From Zygnema circumcarinatum SAG 698-1b (lineage: Eukaryota > Plantae > Zygnematophyceae), in the NCBI GenBank assembly GCA_037447605.1, contig CM074804.1:5123909-5187908 (forward strand): a stretch of 64,000 nucleotides of DNA, written 5' to 3'. The position numbers and the translations under genes were made by a program. Of the stretch, positions 23,828 to 37,000 are shown in pieces. How positions within the stretch are numbered: position 1 is the stretch's first letter; every line of letters begins with the position of its first letter. A model generated the notes under the pieces. That model was not told the DNA's origin and made no database searches. It saw nothing but the letters and a program-made list of their open reading frames with translations.

Positions 23828-24202
23828 TAGGGATGGCTTAATTACGACTATATAATCTATATTATATTATATAACTGTGACGACTAAATAACGGCTGTTA
23901 TATAATACTTTACAACGCCTTTACAACATGTAAGGTCGTACGGTCGTACGACTGTACGGTATTATGCGGTGAAGACAGAGTGAACCAGACGGACGCATTT
24001 CGCAACGCCAACGCCAAAACGACCTAATTTTGGTATGGTACGACCGTACGACCTTACGAGTACGGTCGTACGGTCGTTAATTGTTCAAAACGAGTGGGTA
24101 TAATATATGTAATAAAGTGTTTTACTTTGTACTATATTACTACTTTTAAACCCGTTGTAAAGTATATAATATAGTCGGACTTTATAACGCGGGCCATCCC
24201 TA
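23828..24202 (-). mobile_element. hAT-family MITE, copy 2 (375 bp), inverted relative to copy 1
   Basis: Same TIRs. Perfect 8-bp TSD CACTGGAC (23820-23827, 24203-24210). Body is the near-identical reverse complement of 23036-23400. Confidence 0.92.
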
Positions 24203-25295
24203 CACTGGACATTGCACGGCTAGACAGACCTTAATGCGACAAACGGAGATGGAGTGAAATTGCTTTGATCTCACGATGGCGATGCCACCAAAGGTACATG
24301 GACAGAAACAAGATGAAGAACCACGAGGACTGTCACAAGGGACCTAAGGATGAAAGAAAAAGACCATGAGCTGAGGTCTGCGTCTAGGCTCAACAACGCG
24401 GCTGTAGAACCAGCTTTTAACCTATGCAGCAATTAAAAAAATGCAAATTACGTGTTCCACACGGAGTTTGAACTGTCGCCTACAAGCGCCTTAAAGGTTG
24501 GAATCGACTAAGTCATGGTGGCGTCTGCGACGGCCCTTGCATGCTTGCCCCGCCCCGCCCTGCGGCCCCCGTGTAGCGTAACGGGGCGGCGTTCGACGGA
24601 TTTGCGTCTGTTCGATTGTACTTGACGTATGCATCTTCCGTGATCAACGGAATTCAGAAGCTGCCAACGGAGATTGAGAGACGGCGGCGCCATGCGTTGG
24701 CGGCCCACGGAACGGCACACCATCCAGCAAGGCACACTCGGAAGCGCCGCAAGATGCCGCCGATTATCATCGGTTGACCTATCCGAAGGCTCCACGTAGT
24801 CAGTCAGGCCTCTCAGTGGGCAGTGGGCCAATCAGGGACTGTCACTGCTAGGACTCAATATCTATTGTCAGTGTTAAGTAGATGGGATGTCAGTGATGCT
24901 GTTTTGTCTTTTAGTGCTGGGCTTAGTATTTGTATTTGCTGTGTGGTTTGTTGTCTTGTTCTTCTTTCTTCTTTTTTCCTTGCTCTTCAGTTACAGCAAC
25001 AGATGCTAAGTAAGAGTAAGAGAGAGAGAGAGAGTTCCATGCCATAGATAGTGAGAGAGAGAGAGAGAGAAAGAGTCTTCTTGCTGATCGCATTTAGACG
25101 TCCCATTCAGCCCAGCTAGACAAAGATTTCAGTGAGAGGACAATTTCATTGTAATGACATTCCCCAGCCAACCGCTGGCTGGGGTGAGTTTCCAAAATGC
25201 AACCTTTATCTAAGTTGAGCACTGTTTTCCCTTTGCTGTCACTATGCAAAGCTGCCATCTTGTCCTAATCTGCCCTACGCTTATTCCAATGACCG

Positions 25296-28200
25296 ATGAT
25301 AACTAGAAGCCTGGCTAAGAGACTGGCCAAGGAGAGGATAGGGGAAGAGAGCCCCCAAGGAAGGGCTCTTCGCGCATCGAGTCCAGCCGCCGGTGGGAAC
25401 ATCTTCAGGATCCCTACGTCTTCCGCTGCGCGTACCTCTGAATCCCCCGGATCCTGGCTCTATGCTGCAGGCAGACCCACAGAACCAACCCAACCCTTCA
25501 TTAGTTTCAGCACGGACGCGCGAGTGGCCGTACAGCACCTGCAGCTAGCTCAGCAGTCTTTGTTTAACCCCACTTATCTTGGTATCAGAGCTGAAGGTTT
25601 TGCAGATCCACGTACCTCGATACGTGAGGCTGCCGATCCTGTGACCCGTGTCACAGCCGCCATGGATGAAGAGCTGCAGCAAGAGGGACAAGCAGATCTT
25701 CATGAGTATTCAGAGGAAGACTTGGCACCTCAAGAAGAAGAAGAACAGGCGATCGGAAATCCGAGGACGGATTCAGACTCAGAGGAAGAGGCAGTCAGAG
25801 AGCGAGACTGAAAATGGGCATCACCGAAGAGAACCCTTATCCCGATTAAACACCTTGAAGCGGTCGAGTGATTGAAGAGGCTGGTGGCGACTCCGTCTAG
25901 GCGGCGATAGCCACAAACTCATTTGGCGGTATACGCAGCGCATGATCAAACTGCGGCTTGCGGTCAATATCCGCGACGCCCGTGCCGTGAAGAGAGAGAA
26001 TTACCGTTGAACACAGGGTCCCCGACTGCGAAGCAGAACCCACGGGATCACCGGTCGGATAACTACTTTGCACGGGGAGTCCTTGAAACGCTGCGGCTGG
26101 CAGCATGATTCTGCAGCCGAGCGAGGAATCATCGAGAGGAGCACCCTCACCTCCGGCTTCGACTTACCCATCCGGCAGCCCCAGGCGAGCGGCTTCGGGG
26201 GCAAGGGCAGGACGATCGCAAGGACCCTCCAGCTTTCGCACCAACCTGCAGAGAAGCACACGAGTCAGATCTGAGTTTCCCAGCAAGATGGAAGAGATGA
26301 TGACAAAACTGATAGCCTTGATTCCTGAAAAGAGTGAGGTGAGGGATACCACGGGCATCATCACTAGAGGCTTCACCGGCAAGCAGGAAGATGCAGAGTC
26401 TTGGCTGAGACACCTTGTGAGGAGAAGCGGTATAGCGGAACTGAGGAGGACGATGGATCAAAAGTGGCCCTTATGGGCAATTTGGAAGGAGAGGCCGTCA
26501 GTAGGCTGTCCCGAAGCTGGCACAAGGCGGGATATGCGTCGCCACCACGACAGGGACACATTCAAGCAAGCTTCGGACAACGGCCCGGATTTGAGATCCG
26601 ATCCAGCACATCTTTGGACCGACTTCGTACATAGAATGCCTGATGATGAGAGAATTTTGTTTGAATTCATGGCGCTTTGTCGCGCATAGCAAATCTGATC
26701 GAGAACTTACTTACAAGTTTTCAGTGCTCGATGGTTCAGCAAGGCCATCGGCGAGAAGGATCTCCACCTGGATCGTGAGCTGCGCGACAACCCACCAGCA
26801 GATGCCCAGGCCTTGTTATAGAAAGGGCAGAGCGAATTCAGAAGGATCAAGAGAGAGGCAACCGACATGTACGACCACATTACATGAACGCTACAGATCC
26901 ACGACAAGATCGACTCTACCAGCAGTTCCTGAAGACACAGAATCAACAGTTGTTCGATCCCTACGCTACATCTACTCGGAACAAGCCTTCCTTCTCCGGC
27001 GTCACTGCTCAGGACATCCGGACAGCCCCTGTGGTGCAGCCTCTGGCTATAGCCAACACAACCAAGCCCCTTCCCCTTTCCCCATACCTCAAGGATCCGC
27101 CCATCCCATTGAGCGGGCGGGTGAATCCTCACATACCGTGATGTTTCTCGGCCCAGATATCGGCTCCTTATTCGACGACGCCCGGCGAGTAGAGAGAAGT
27201 CGCTGTGGCCGACCGCTACCGCCGGATGACAGAGGCGGGGTTCCAGAGGGCGCCTCGTCTCTGCCCAGGCCTAACTCACAATCCACCGAGGCTGGGTGCG
27301 GACCATGGACACACCTTGCCCGAATCGCGGCGGGACATGATGCGCGTGTGTGCATGCGAGGAACTCTCAAGTGAGGAAGGCCCGAAAAGGGAAAGAGGCA
27401 GCGGCAGGGAACTCACCTGCCGAGATCACTTTCATGGACATGCTCCCGGCTTCTCCCCCACCCTCAAGAACACCGGCTCCCTTTCGCCCGCCGCCACCTC
27501 CTTCACCCGCTTACACCATCCTGCAACGACCACCTATCCATCTGCACCCCATGGACTCCCCTTCCAGCCGAGCGTGTTGGTCTTTGAGCCGATCTTCTTT
27601 ACCCGATCACGCCTTTGCCGAGGTTGCAGGCATTTCAACCCGGCTTTTATAGATCCCCATGCCGAAGGCGGCTCAAGCCGGATCGCGAGATTGCAGCGCC
27701 CTTGAGCTCCCTGTCAACGGCGATCCTCATTCTCATCCTCTGCCATTCCTCCCTGCCAATGTCACCGGCGCCAGTTCCTCGGGCACGGCTCCATCGGTCG
27801 CCACCCCTGTCCGAAGAACTTCAGTCATCCCTCCCTCCACGGGTCCTCCCTTGGGATCCCTGCCTGAGGAGGACATTGAAGATCTCAATGAAGAGGAGCC
27901 GCCAGCGGCGCAACCAGAGCCGACGCCACCGGCGACCGAAGAGATGCACGTCAACCCTCCCCACCGCCCTCGGGCAGCCCGTTTCTACCCCCAAGCAGCC
28001 GATCGTCGACCACCCCCCCCGACAGACGGCCTATCCCTGATTGAACGCATGGTTCATCAACTCATGGGTGACAAGGCTAAGATCGGCATTACCTTGTCAC
28101 AGTTGATGCAGCTCGTACCAGGTGCTGCCGCCGTAGTTCGAAAGCTGGCCGACAGCGCAGAGGCCACCCTGCGGCCGCCCGCAGCTCCTATGACATCTCC

Positions 28201-31200
28201 TCCGGACGTCCCCTCGCCGGCCGATATCCACCACATGGCTACGGCGCCTCTGCCGGACCCAGGCCGCTCCCCTCGCCATCCTCCTCGACAGATTCAGATC
28301 CTCCCTCTCATCCCAACACCCAATGTGCGGATCATTGTCAATGTATGGCTCAACGGTCATCCCAGCAAAGCCATGATCGACACAGGAGCCATGCGCACAG
28401 TTCTGTCCAAGCCTGTGATGAAGGCTGCAGGGGTTAAGTTGGACAAGACACTTGAGCCAATTCCCGGAGTATGTGGGGGTTGAAGGAAGCTTACATGAAA
28501 GTTAGGCGGCGTAAGTGGTCATGATCTTGTGGCAGGATAAGACCCACGGTGAATCTGATCATCCTGACGTGAACACTATTCTATCCTTGCTGGGCTCAGA
28601 TTGGCTCATCGCGATGGGAGCACAAATCGACTTTGCTACATGTCAACTGCACAAATCTGCTGGCGGGACAGCCTGCTCCTTTCCCATGAGTCCTTACCAC
28701 CTCCGCCTTCCCCAAGCGCCACGCCCGCGGCCTTGAGGAGTCTCTACTGGGAGATCACCATATACCGTGTCGGTCGGCTGACCCCCATTCTTCTCATGGT
28801 CGGCCAATTCATTACCAACTGACCCAGAGACTCCCCCCCTCTGCTCCTCCAGTCCGGCTCTCGATTGCGCCAGCGGACAGCTGACTGCGCCGGTGATACG
28901 CACCGGCTTTCCCCACATGAGACCATCATCGCGGCGAGAGTTGGTTGGAAATGTAGGGCAGATGTATTAGGCCCGCAGCCTTTAATTCATCAAGCATTCT
29001 CAACTACGCCGTTGCCGCCACCGAATCACCTAGTTTCGCGACGGCCATTCACTCTATTACTCCGCAAGACTCACTTGATTGAGCACGCGTCGATACGGGG
29101 GACGCCTTTCCGTGATGATACGACTCCCTGCAAGCTTCTCACGCCCTTACCTGGCGAATGTCCGAACAACGGTCGGCGAAACGTGGTATCAGTTGATGGG
29201 AATTTGGAGAAGGGCGTGGGCGGCCTGGCGGATTCTTTAAGCGGATGCTGGCACACTCCAGCCGTAGGGGCTACCGAGAAATTTGAATGCAACGCGAAAG
29301 TGGGATCTACACATTACGGATGTGGACCTGATTCTCCACGGCGTCTCCCACATTGACCCGGTGGTTCGGCCCAGCAGCGTCACGAGAAGTATCCTTACGG
29401 CGGTCCCCCTTGGCGGGGCCGATCATTTGCAAAGAGCCGGGGGCTTACAGCAGCCCGCAGCGCTTTTGTGCAATGGGCGGTACTTCCATTAGGGCTCAGA
29501 ATTCCAGCCCGAGACTCACCCGGCGCTGGCGAAAGCGAGGTGTTGGCCCACAATGGGTAACTCTGGGCCTTACGTGGATGATGCTTGATCCGCGGCAAAA
29601 GGGCCCGGTCACTCCCACTGCGGCACAGTGACCAAGTCCACGCAGCGGCTCATCGGTCGCGGCGTCACGAAGATTGCACCCAAGAAGTGCAAATGGGGCC
29701 ACCAGGAGATCACTCATCTCGGGCACCGCCTCGGCATCAATGGCCTGAAACCATCACTCGATAAGATTGAAGCGATTGCCCTCATGCCGATTCCACAGAC
29801 CCTCACTCAGCTCAAGTCCTTCTTGGGGCTCACCTCATTCTATCGCCGGTTCATCAAGGGATATGCCCTTATCGCGCGTCCCCTCCATGCCTTGGAGAAG
29901 CACGAGGTCAGTCTGAATGGAGCCCGGCGAGGATTTGGCCTTCCGCGGCGCTCAAGAGTGCCACTCGCCGGGCTCCTTGCACGCATCAGTCCGACCCCAA
30001 CCTTCCCACCATTATTGACGCCGACTGGAGTTAGACAGGCTTTGGGGCAGTGGCCAGCCAAGCATTCTCAGATGGGGAACACCCGGTCAGTTTTGCAAGC
30101 AAGGTCTGTTCAGAAACCGAGACCAAGTATAGCCCTACTGAGGGAGAGGCCGCGGCTATCCTCTGGGCACTCGAGAAGTTCAAGCTCTTCACGGCCTACC
30201 AGCCCGTTATCATCCGGACTGACCACATGCCCCTCACCTGGCTGCACATCATGGCTACCCTACGCCCTAAGTTTGCACGATGGGTGATGAAGTTGGAGGT
30301 ACAATGTACTCAAAAGTCCTCACGTCGGCGTAGTCGCGAAATGCGTGGCCTCGGTCGCGATCCCGACCCGCCTCCTGCGCCCGCGATCGCAGGCCATCCA
30401 CAGGCGCCCATCCCTCCACCCACCCTCTTGAATCCTGAGCATATTCCCATTGAGATTTTTATTGCCGCTCAAGCCCTGCATGATGTCCTCTTGGCAGTGG
30501 GCTGATGCGACATTCGACCACCGCCACACCCTCCATGTTGGGAGGACCACAGGCTTCACCCACGGCCACCCCCATGCGGATCCGTGGGAAATCCTCATGG
30601 ATGACGATGGCGACGCTCCCTTACTTCCTCCCCATTTCCCCAGCTCCAATGACGTCCATTCGGACTCCTCCCTGCTGTGCTACGTTATGACCCGCCGCAG
30701 CGCCCCCTTTATCCACACGGACACCGAGGGCTTCGGCTGCTCCGCGCTCTCCCGGAACTACCGGTTGATGATGGCGGGGCCAGTCATACCTCCCTGGCCC
30801 TACTTTCCTTTCCCAATGAGCATGGAGATTCTGGATGTCGCCCACGATTCTCAGCCCGGCGGATTCCACCTCGGCCAGAAGAAGATGGTGGCGCTGCTAC
30901 AGGAACGCTACTATTGGCCCGGCCTCCATGGCGCGGTGAGCCGCTACATTGAAACCTGCACCCGCTGCCAACGCGGCAAGCGCTCTGCTCCCCCCGACCG
31001 CCAACCCCTTGAGATGGGTGAGATCCCAATACGCGGCGTCGCCGAAGACTGGAACATCGACACCTTTTCTATTCCCCAGCTCGGCACCCCCTCTGGCTAC
31101 ATTCGGGTCTTCCTAGCCGTGGACAGATACACCAAGTGGGTAGAAGTTCATACGACAGAGTCTAAGCATTCCATCCACTCTGCTCGCCTCCTGACGGCCA

Positions 31201-31308
31201 TCATTCACCGCCACTCTATACCCTACTCTGTCCACTCTGACAACGGCACCGAATACAAGGGGGCATTCGCCAAGCTCATGCAGGACTTCCGCATCATTCA
31301 CCACACCT
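25296..31308 (+). pseudogene. gag-pol of gypsy unit 1 (fragmented by frameshifts or sequence errors; truncated at the gap)
   Basis: ORF fragments 25296-25811, 27659-28483 (protease), 29628-30287 (RT end), 30050-30505 (RNase H), 30450-31308 (integrase). Confidence 0.8.
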
Positions 31309-31789
31309 NNNNNNNNNNGGGCCAATCAGGGACTGTCACTGCTAGGACTCAATATCTATTGTCAGTGTTAAGTAGATGGGATGTCAGTGATGCTGTTTTG
31401 TCTTTTAGTGCTGGGCTTAGTATTTGTATTTGCTGTGTGGTTTGTTGTCTTGTTCTTCTTTCTTCTTTTTTCCTTGCTCTTCAGTTACAGCAACAGATGC
31501 TAAGTAAGAGTAAGAGAGAGAGAGAGAGTTCCATGCCATAGATAGTGAGAGAGAGAGAGAGAGAAAGAGTCTTCTTGCTGATCGCATTTAGACGTCCCAT
31601 TCAGCCCAGCTAGACAAAGATTTCAGTGAGAGGACAATTTCATTGTAATGACATTCCCCAGCCAACCGCTGGCTGGGGTGAGTTTCCAAAATGCAACCTT
31701 TATCTAAGTTGAGCACTGTTTTCCCTTTGCTGTCACTATGCAAAGCTGCCATCTTGTCCTAATCTGCCCTACGCTTATTCCAATGACCG

Positions 31790-34700
31790 ATGATAACTAG
31801 AAGCCTAGCTAAGAGACTGGCCAAGGAGAGGATAGGGGAAGAGAGCCCCCAAGGAAGGGCTCTTCGCGCATCGAGTCCAGCCGCCGGTGGGAACATCTTC
31901 AGGATCCCTACGTCTTCCGCTGCGCGTACCTCTGAATCCCCCGGATCCTGGCTCTATGCTGCAGGCAGACCCACAGAACCAACCCAACCCTTCATTAGTT
32001 TCAGCACGGACGCGCGTGTGGCCGTACAGCACCTGCAGCTAGCTCAGCAGTCTTTGTTTAACCCCACTTATCTTGGTATCAGAGCTGAAGGTTTTGCAGA
32101 TCCACGTACCTTGATACGTGAGGCTGCCGATCCTGTGACCCGTGTCACAGCCGCCATGGATGAAGAGCTGCAGCAAGAGGGACAAGCAGATCTTCATCAG
32201 TATTCAGAGGAAGACTTGGCACCTCAAGAAGAAGAAGAACAGGCGATCGGAAATCCGAGGACGGATTCAGACTCAGAGGAAGAGGCAGTCAGAGAGCGAC
32301 TGAAAATGGGCATCACCGAAGAGAACCCTTATCGATCACGGCTTACCTTGAGCGAATCGAGTCGATTGAAGAGCTGCGGCGCGACGCTCGCGTCCCCAAG
32401 CGTGATGGCCTTTAAACTCGGTAGCGGTATACGCGCCCGCATGATCAAAGCTTTGCGGCTTGCCCGATCCCTATTTGTCCGCGACGCCGTGCCGTGAAGA
32501 GAAGGGCCCGTTGAACACGAGGTCCCCCGCGGCCCCGCGAAGCAGAACCAGCGGGATCTCCGGTCCGGATAACTCTTGCACCGAGGAGTCCTTGGCTGCT
32601 ATACGGTACCTGTGATTCTGACGAGCAAGGGAATCATCGAAGACACCCTACGCCTCCGGCTTTCGACTTACCCATCCGGCCCAGGCGGCCGGGGGCAAAG
32701 AGGCGGGGGCGATGCAGGACCCTCGACTTTTAGCACCAACACCGCGCGAAGCACCGCAGTGATTTGAGTTTCAGCCGAGATGGAAGAGATGATGACCAAA
32801 TTGATAGCCTTGATTCACGAAAAGAGTGAGGTGAGGGATACCACGGGCATCATCACTAGAGCTTCACGGCAAGCGAGGAAGATCGCGAGAAGCATGTTTG
32901 AGACACCACCTTGAGGGGAGAAGGCGGTATGGCGAACTTTGAAGGAGGACGATGGATGGTGGCCACTTGGAGCGGAAGGAGGCCGTGTTGGAAATTTTGT
33001 CCAGCTGGCACAAAGGCGGATGTAAATTAAGCCACCACGACAGGGACACATTCAAGCAAGCTTCCGGTTCTTATTTGGATTCCGGATCCGATCAATGTTT
33101 GGACCCGACATTGCGTAGAATCTTTACCGATGATGAGGCGTTTTGAGATTCGAAACGTGGCAGCGTAAGCGAAATCTGATCGAGAACTTGCACGAGTTTT
33201 CGAGAATTATCGATTAGTTCACTTAAGGCCATGGCCGAGAAGGATCTCCACCTGGATCGTGAGCTGCGAGACAACCCACGGCGAGATGCCGGGCATTGTT
33301 AGGCGAGTGAGGCGGTCGGAAAGGATCAAGAGAGGCAACCGGCGTATGCGACCCGCATTACATGAGCGCTCTGAGATCAGCGGCAGGGGATCGGCTCTAC
33401 CAGCCCGATTCTTGAAGGCCAGCGAGAATCAGCGGTTGTTCGATCCTGCCTTCCATCTACTGGAACAAGCCTTCCTTCTCCGGCGTCCTTTGCTTTCCGG
33501 GGCGTCAGGGCCGGCCACGTAGTGCGGCCTGCAGCGTAGCCCGTATGACGAGAAGCCGCTTCCCTTTCCCATTACCCTGCGTGATCAAGCCCGTCCCGTT
33601 GAGCGGCCGGTGAATCACATACCGAGATGTTTCGTCCGGGATATCGGGCTCCTTGTGGTCAGATGCTTGCCTTGCAGAAGAGAAGGCTGCCGGCGGGGGC
33701 GATCTGGCAGGTCGGATAGCCCGGCCGAGGGGAGTTCGGTGCATGCGGCTGTGGCCTAACTCACAATCCGCGGCTGCGTTGCGGACCATGGACCTGCACC
33801 TTCTGCCAGATCACGGGACATGATGCCCGTGTGTGCATGCGGAGACTCTCAAGTGAGAAGGCCCGAAAAGGGAAAGAGGCAGCGGCAGGGAACTCACCTG
33901 CCGAGATCACTTTCATGGACATGCTCGAGCTGCTCCCCACCATCGAACACACCCTTCCCTTTACCGCCCGCCCCGCCCTCCTTGCCCGCTTACACCATCT
34001 GCGACCACCTATCTATGCACTTTGCACCCATGGACTCCCCTTCCCGCAGCCGAGCGTATTGGGTCGCGAGCGATCCTATTTACCCCGATCACGCCGCGCC
34101 CGATTTTAGCGGCATTTCAACCCGGCTTTATCCCGAGAATCCCCCATCACGCCGAGGCGAGGCTCAAGCCGGATCGCCAGTTACGGCGCGCCCGCCCAGC
34201 GAGGCTCCATCCAGCCAGCGATCCTCATTCTCATCCCTGCTGCCATTCCCTCCCACTTCCAATGTCACGGCGCAGTTCTCGAAGACGCGGCTCCATCGGT
34301 CACGCTACCCCCGTCAGAAGAACTTGATCATCCCACTCCCACTCCACGGGTCCTCCCTTGGGATCCCTGCCCGAGGAGGACATTGAAGATCTCAATGAAG
34401 AGGAACCGACAGCGGCGCAACCAGAGCCGACGCCACCGGCGACCGAAGAGATGCACGTCAACCCTCCCCACCGCCCTCGGGCAGCCCGTTTCTACCCCCA
34501 AGCAGCCGATCGTCGACCACCCCCCCCGACAGACGGCCTATCCCTGATTGAACGCATGGTTCATCAACTCATGGGTGACAAGGCTAAGATCGGCATTACC
34601 TTGTCACAGTTGATGCAGCTCGTACCAGGTGCTGCCGCCGTAGTTCGAAAGCTGGCCGACAGTGCAGAGGCCACCCTGCGGCCGCCCACAGCTCCTATGA

Positions 34701-37000
34701 CATCTCCTCCGGACGTCCCCTCGCCGGCCGATATCCACCACATGGCTACGGCGCCTCCGCCAGACCCAGTCCGCTCCCCTCGCCATCCCCCTCGCCAGAT
34801 TCAGATCCTCCCTCTCATCCCAACGCCCAACGTGCGGATCATTGTCAATGTATGGCTCAACGGTCATCCCAGCAAAGCCATGATCGACACATGAGCCATG
34901 CGCACAGTTCTGTCCAAGCCTGTGATGAAGGCTGCAGGGGTTAAGTTGGACAAGACACTTGAGCCCGTTCCCCGATATGTGGGGGTTGAAGGGAGCTTAC
35001 ATGAAGGATTGGGCAGCGCCCAAGTGGTCATCAGTCTTGGCGAGATGGGAGCCACGGTGAATGCGGTCATCACGGCCGCTGAACACTATTCTATCCTGCT
35101 GGGCTCAGATTGGCTCATCGCGATGGGAGCACAAATCGACTTTGCTACATGTCAACTGCACTTATCTGCTGGCGGGACAGCCTGCTCCTTTCCCATCATC
35201 CTCGAGTCCCTTACCACCTCCGCCTTCCCCAAGCGCCACGCCACGGCGCAGGTCTCCTACCCGGAGATCACCATGTACCATTCGGTCGGCAGCCCCCATT
35301 CTTCTTATGGATCGGCCAATTCTGATACCGATGACGAGACTCCCCCTCCTGCTCCTCCGNNNNNNNNNNCTCAAAGTCACTCACCGTCCCGGCCGTAGTC
35401 ACGGAAATGCTGATGGCCTCAGTCGCAATCCCTCGGCTCCCCTCCTCTGCCACGATCCGGCCGTCCCTGAGCCCATCCCTCCACCCACCCTCTTGAATCC
35501 TGAGCATCTTCCCATTGAGATTTTTATTGCCGCTCAAGCCCTGCATGATGTCCTCTTCGCAGATGGGCTGATCGACATTCCGGCCACCGCCACCACCCTC
35601 CATCGCTGGGAGGACCCTGACTTCACCCACGGCCACCCCCATGCGGATCCGTGGGAAATCCTCATGGATGACGATGGCGACGCTCCCTTACTTCCTCCCC
35701 ATTTCCCGGCTCGATAGCGTCCATTGGACCCCACTCCACAGCGTACTTTCACGTTATGACCGCCGCAGCTGCCCCGCTTTATCACTGGACACGAAGGGCT
35801 GGTACGCTCCGCCGCTCTCGAACTTCGGTTGATGATGGCGGACGAATCTTGTACCTCCCCTGGCCTTCTGATTTCCTTTCCCAATGAGCGCATGGAGATT
35901 ACGGATGTAAGCCCACGATTCTCGCGACCCGGCGGATTCCACCTCGGACAGAAGAAGATGGTGGCGCTGCTACAGGAATGCTACTATTGGCCCGGCCTCC
36001 ATGGCCTTGATGAGCGCTACATTGAAACACTTTTAGCGTGGCGCTCTGTGCTCCCCAGGCCGCCAACCCCGCGAGATGGGTGCCAGATCCCAGTATGGCG
36101 TCGCCCGGAAACTCAGAACATCGACACTTGCACCTACATTCCCGGCTTCGGCACCCCCTCGGCTACATTCAGGTCTTCCTAGCGCGTGGGCGGGGCCACA
36201 CCAAGTGGTAGAAGTTCATACGGCCAGTCTAAGCATTCCATCAAAGCTCTGCGCCGCCTCTACGGCCATCATTCACCGCCCATCTATACCACTACTCACA
36301 TCCCACTTCGTGGCACGAATACAAGGGGGCATTGCCCAGCTTCATGCGGGACTTCGCATCATTACGCCCACACCTCGGCCCCCTCTTTCCCCGTGAGAAT
36401 GGCACAGCGAGGCGATACCATTGAGCGGTCCAGGATCTCTTTACGTCGCGTCGCTGCTGGTATTTGGGCCGGGGCTGGCGGGCGAGGTCATCCCTCCCAC
36501 GGGTCTTCGCGTATAACACCTCAGTCGATCCACACTCATCCACGGGCTTCTCTCCCTCACGAGAAACCCTGCATGGTAGGTAAGCCCAGCATTCCCCTTG
36601 ACCTCCTCTCTGTGAGCCCCTCTTCTGATGTAGCGCCTCCCGGTCGGGTCGCCCGACTCCGACTCCGGCCTAAGCTTCCAAACCCTAGATTCATGGCCTC
36701 CACGTCCCACCTCGACCCGGCGCCCCGCAGACGGCAATGCGGCTTTGGGGAGGCGCCCGGCGTCTTTGCTCTCCGCCAATCAGGTGGCGCCATCGGCTCA
36801 TTTGGCTCGGGGAATCTTGCCAAACCGACTCAGCGGGCTTTCCGTGGTTGGGCCCTTTTATTTATTCGGTCCGTGGAGATCCCGATTTGGGCGTCATTTG
36901 GAAGGCCCCGGCTCCCCAGTAAAACGCCAGCGGCTGGCGTTCACGCTGGATCGGCGATGCGTCTGCACCGCGTCGGCTGATCCCCTCCCGATGGTGGCGT
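31790..37000 (+). pseudogene. gag-pol of gypsy unit 2 (RT/RNase H missing at the 35360-35369 gap)
   Basis: Near-identical gag start (MITRSLAKRLAKE). Protease 34358-35398. The gap joins to HRPGRSHGNADGLSR. Integrase fragments from 35829 onward. Confidence 0.75.

Noticed and set aside
24572-25579. Retrozyme (hammerhead ribozyme) in the gypsy LTR, suggested by the 4-bp TSD
   Set aside because: No CUGAUGA...GAAA core with flanking stems seen on either strand by eye.
31113-31541. Integrase ORF apparently fused to a hydrophobic Cys-rich tail
   Set aside because: Artefact of translating across the 31309-31318 gap into LTR sequence.
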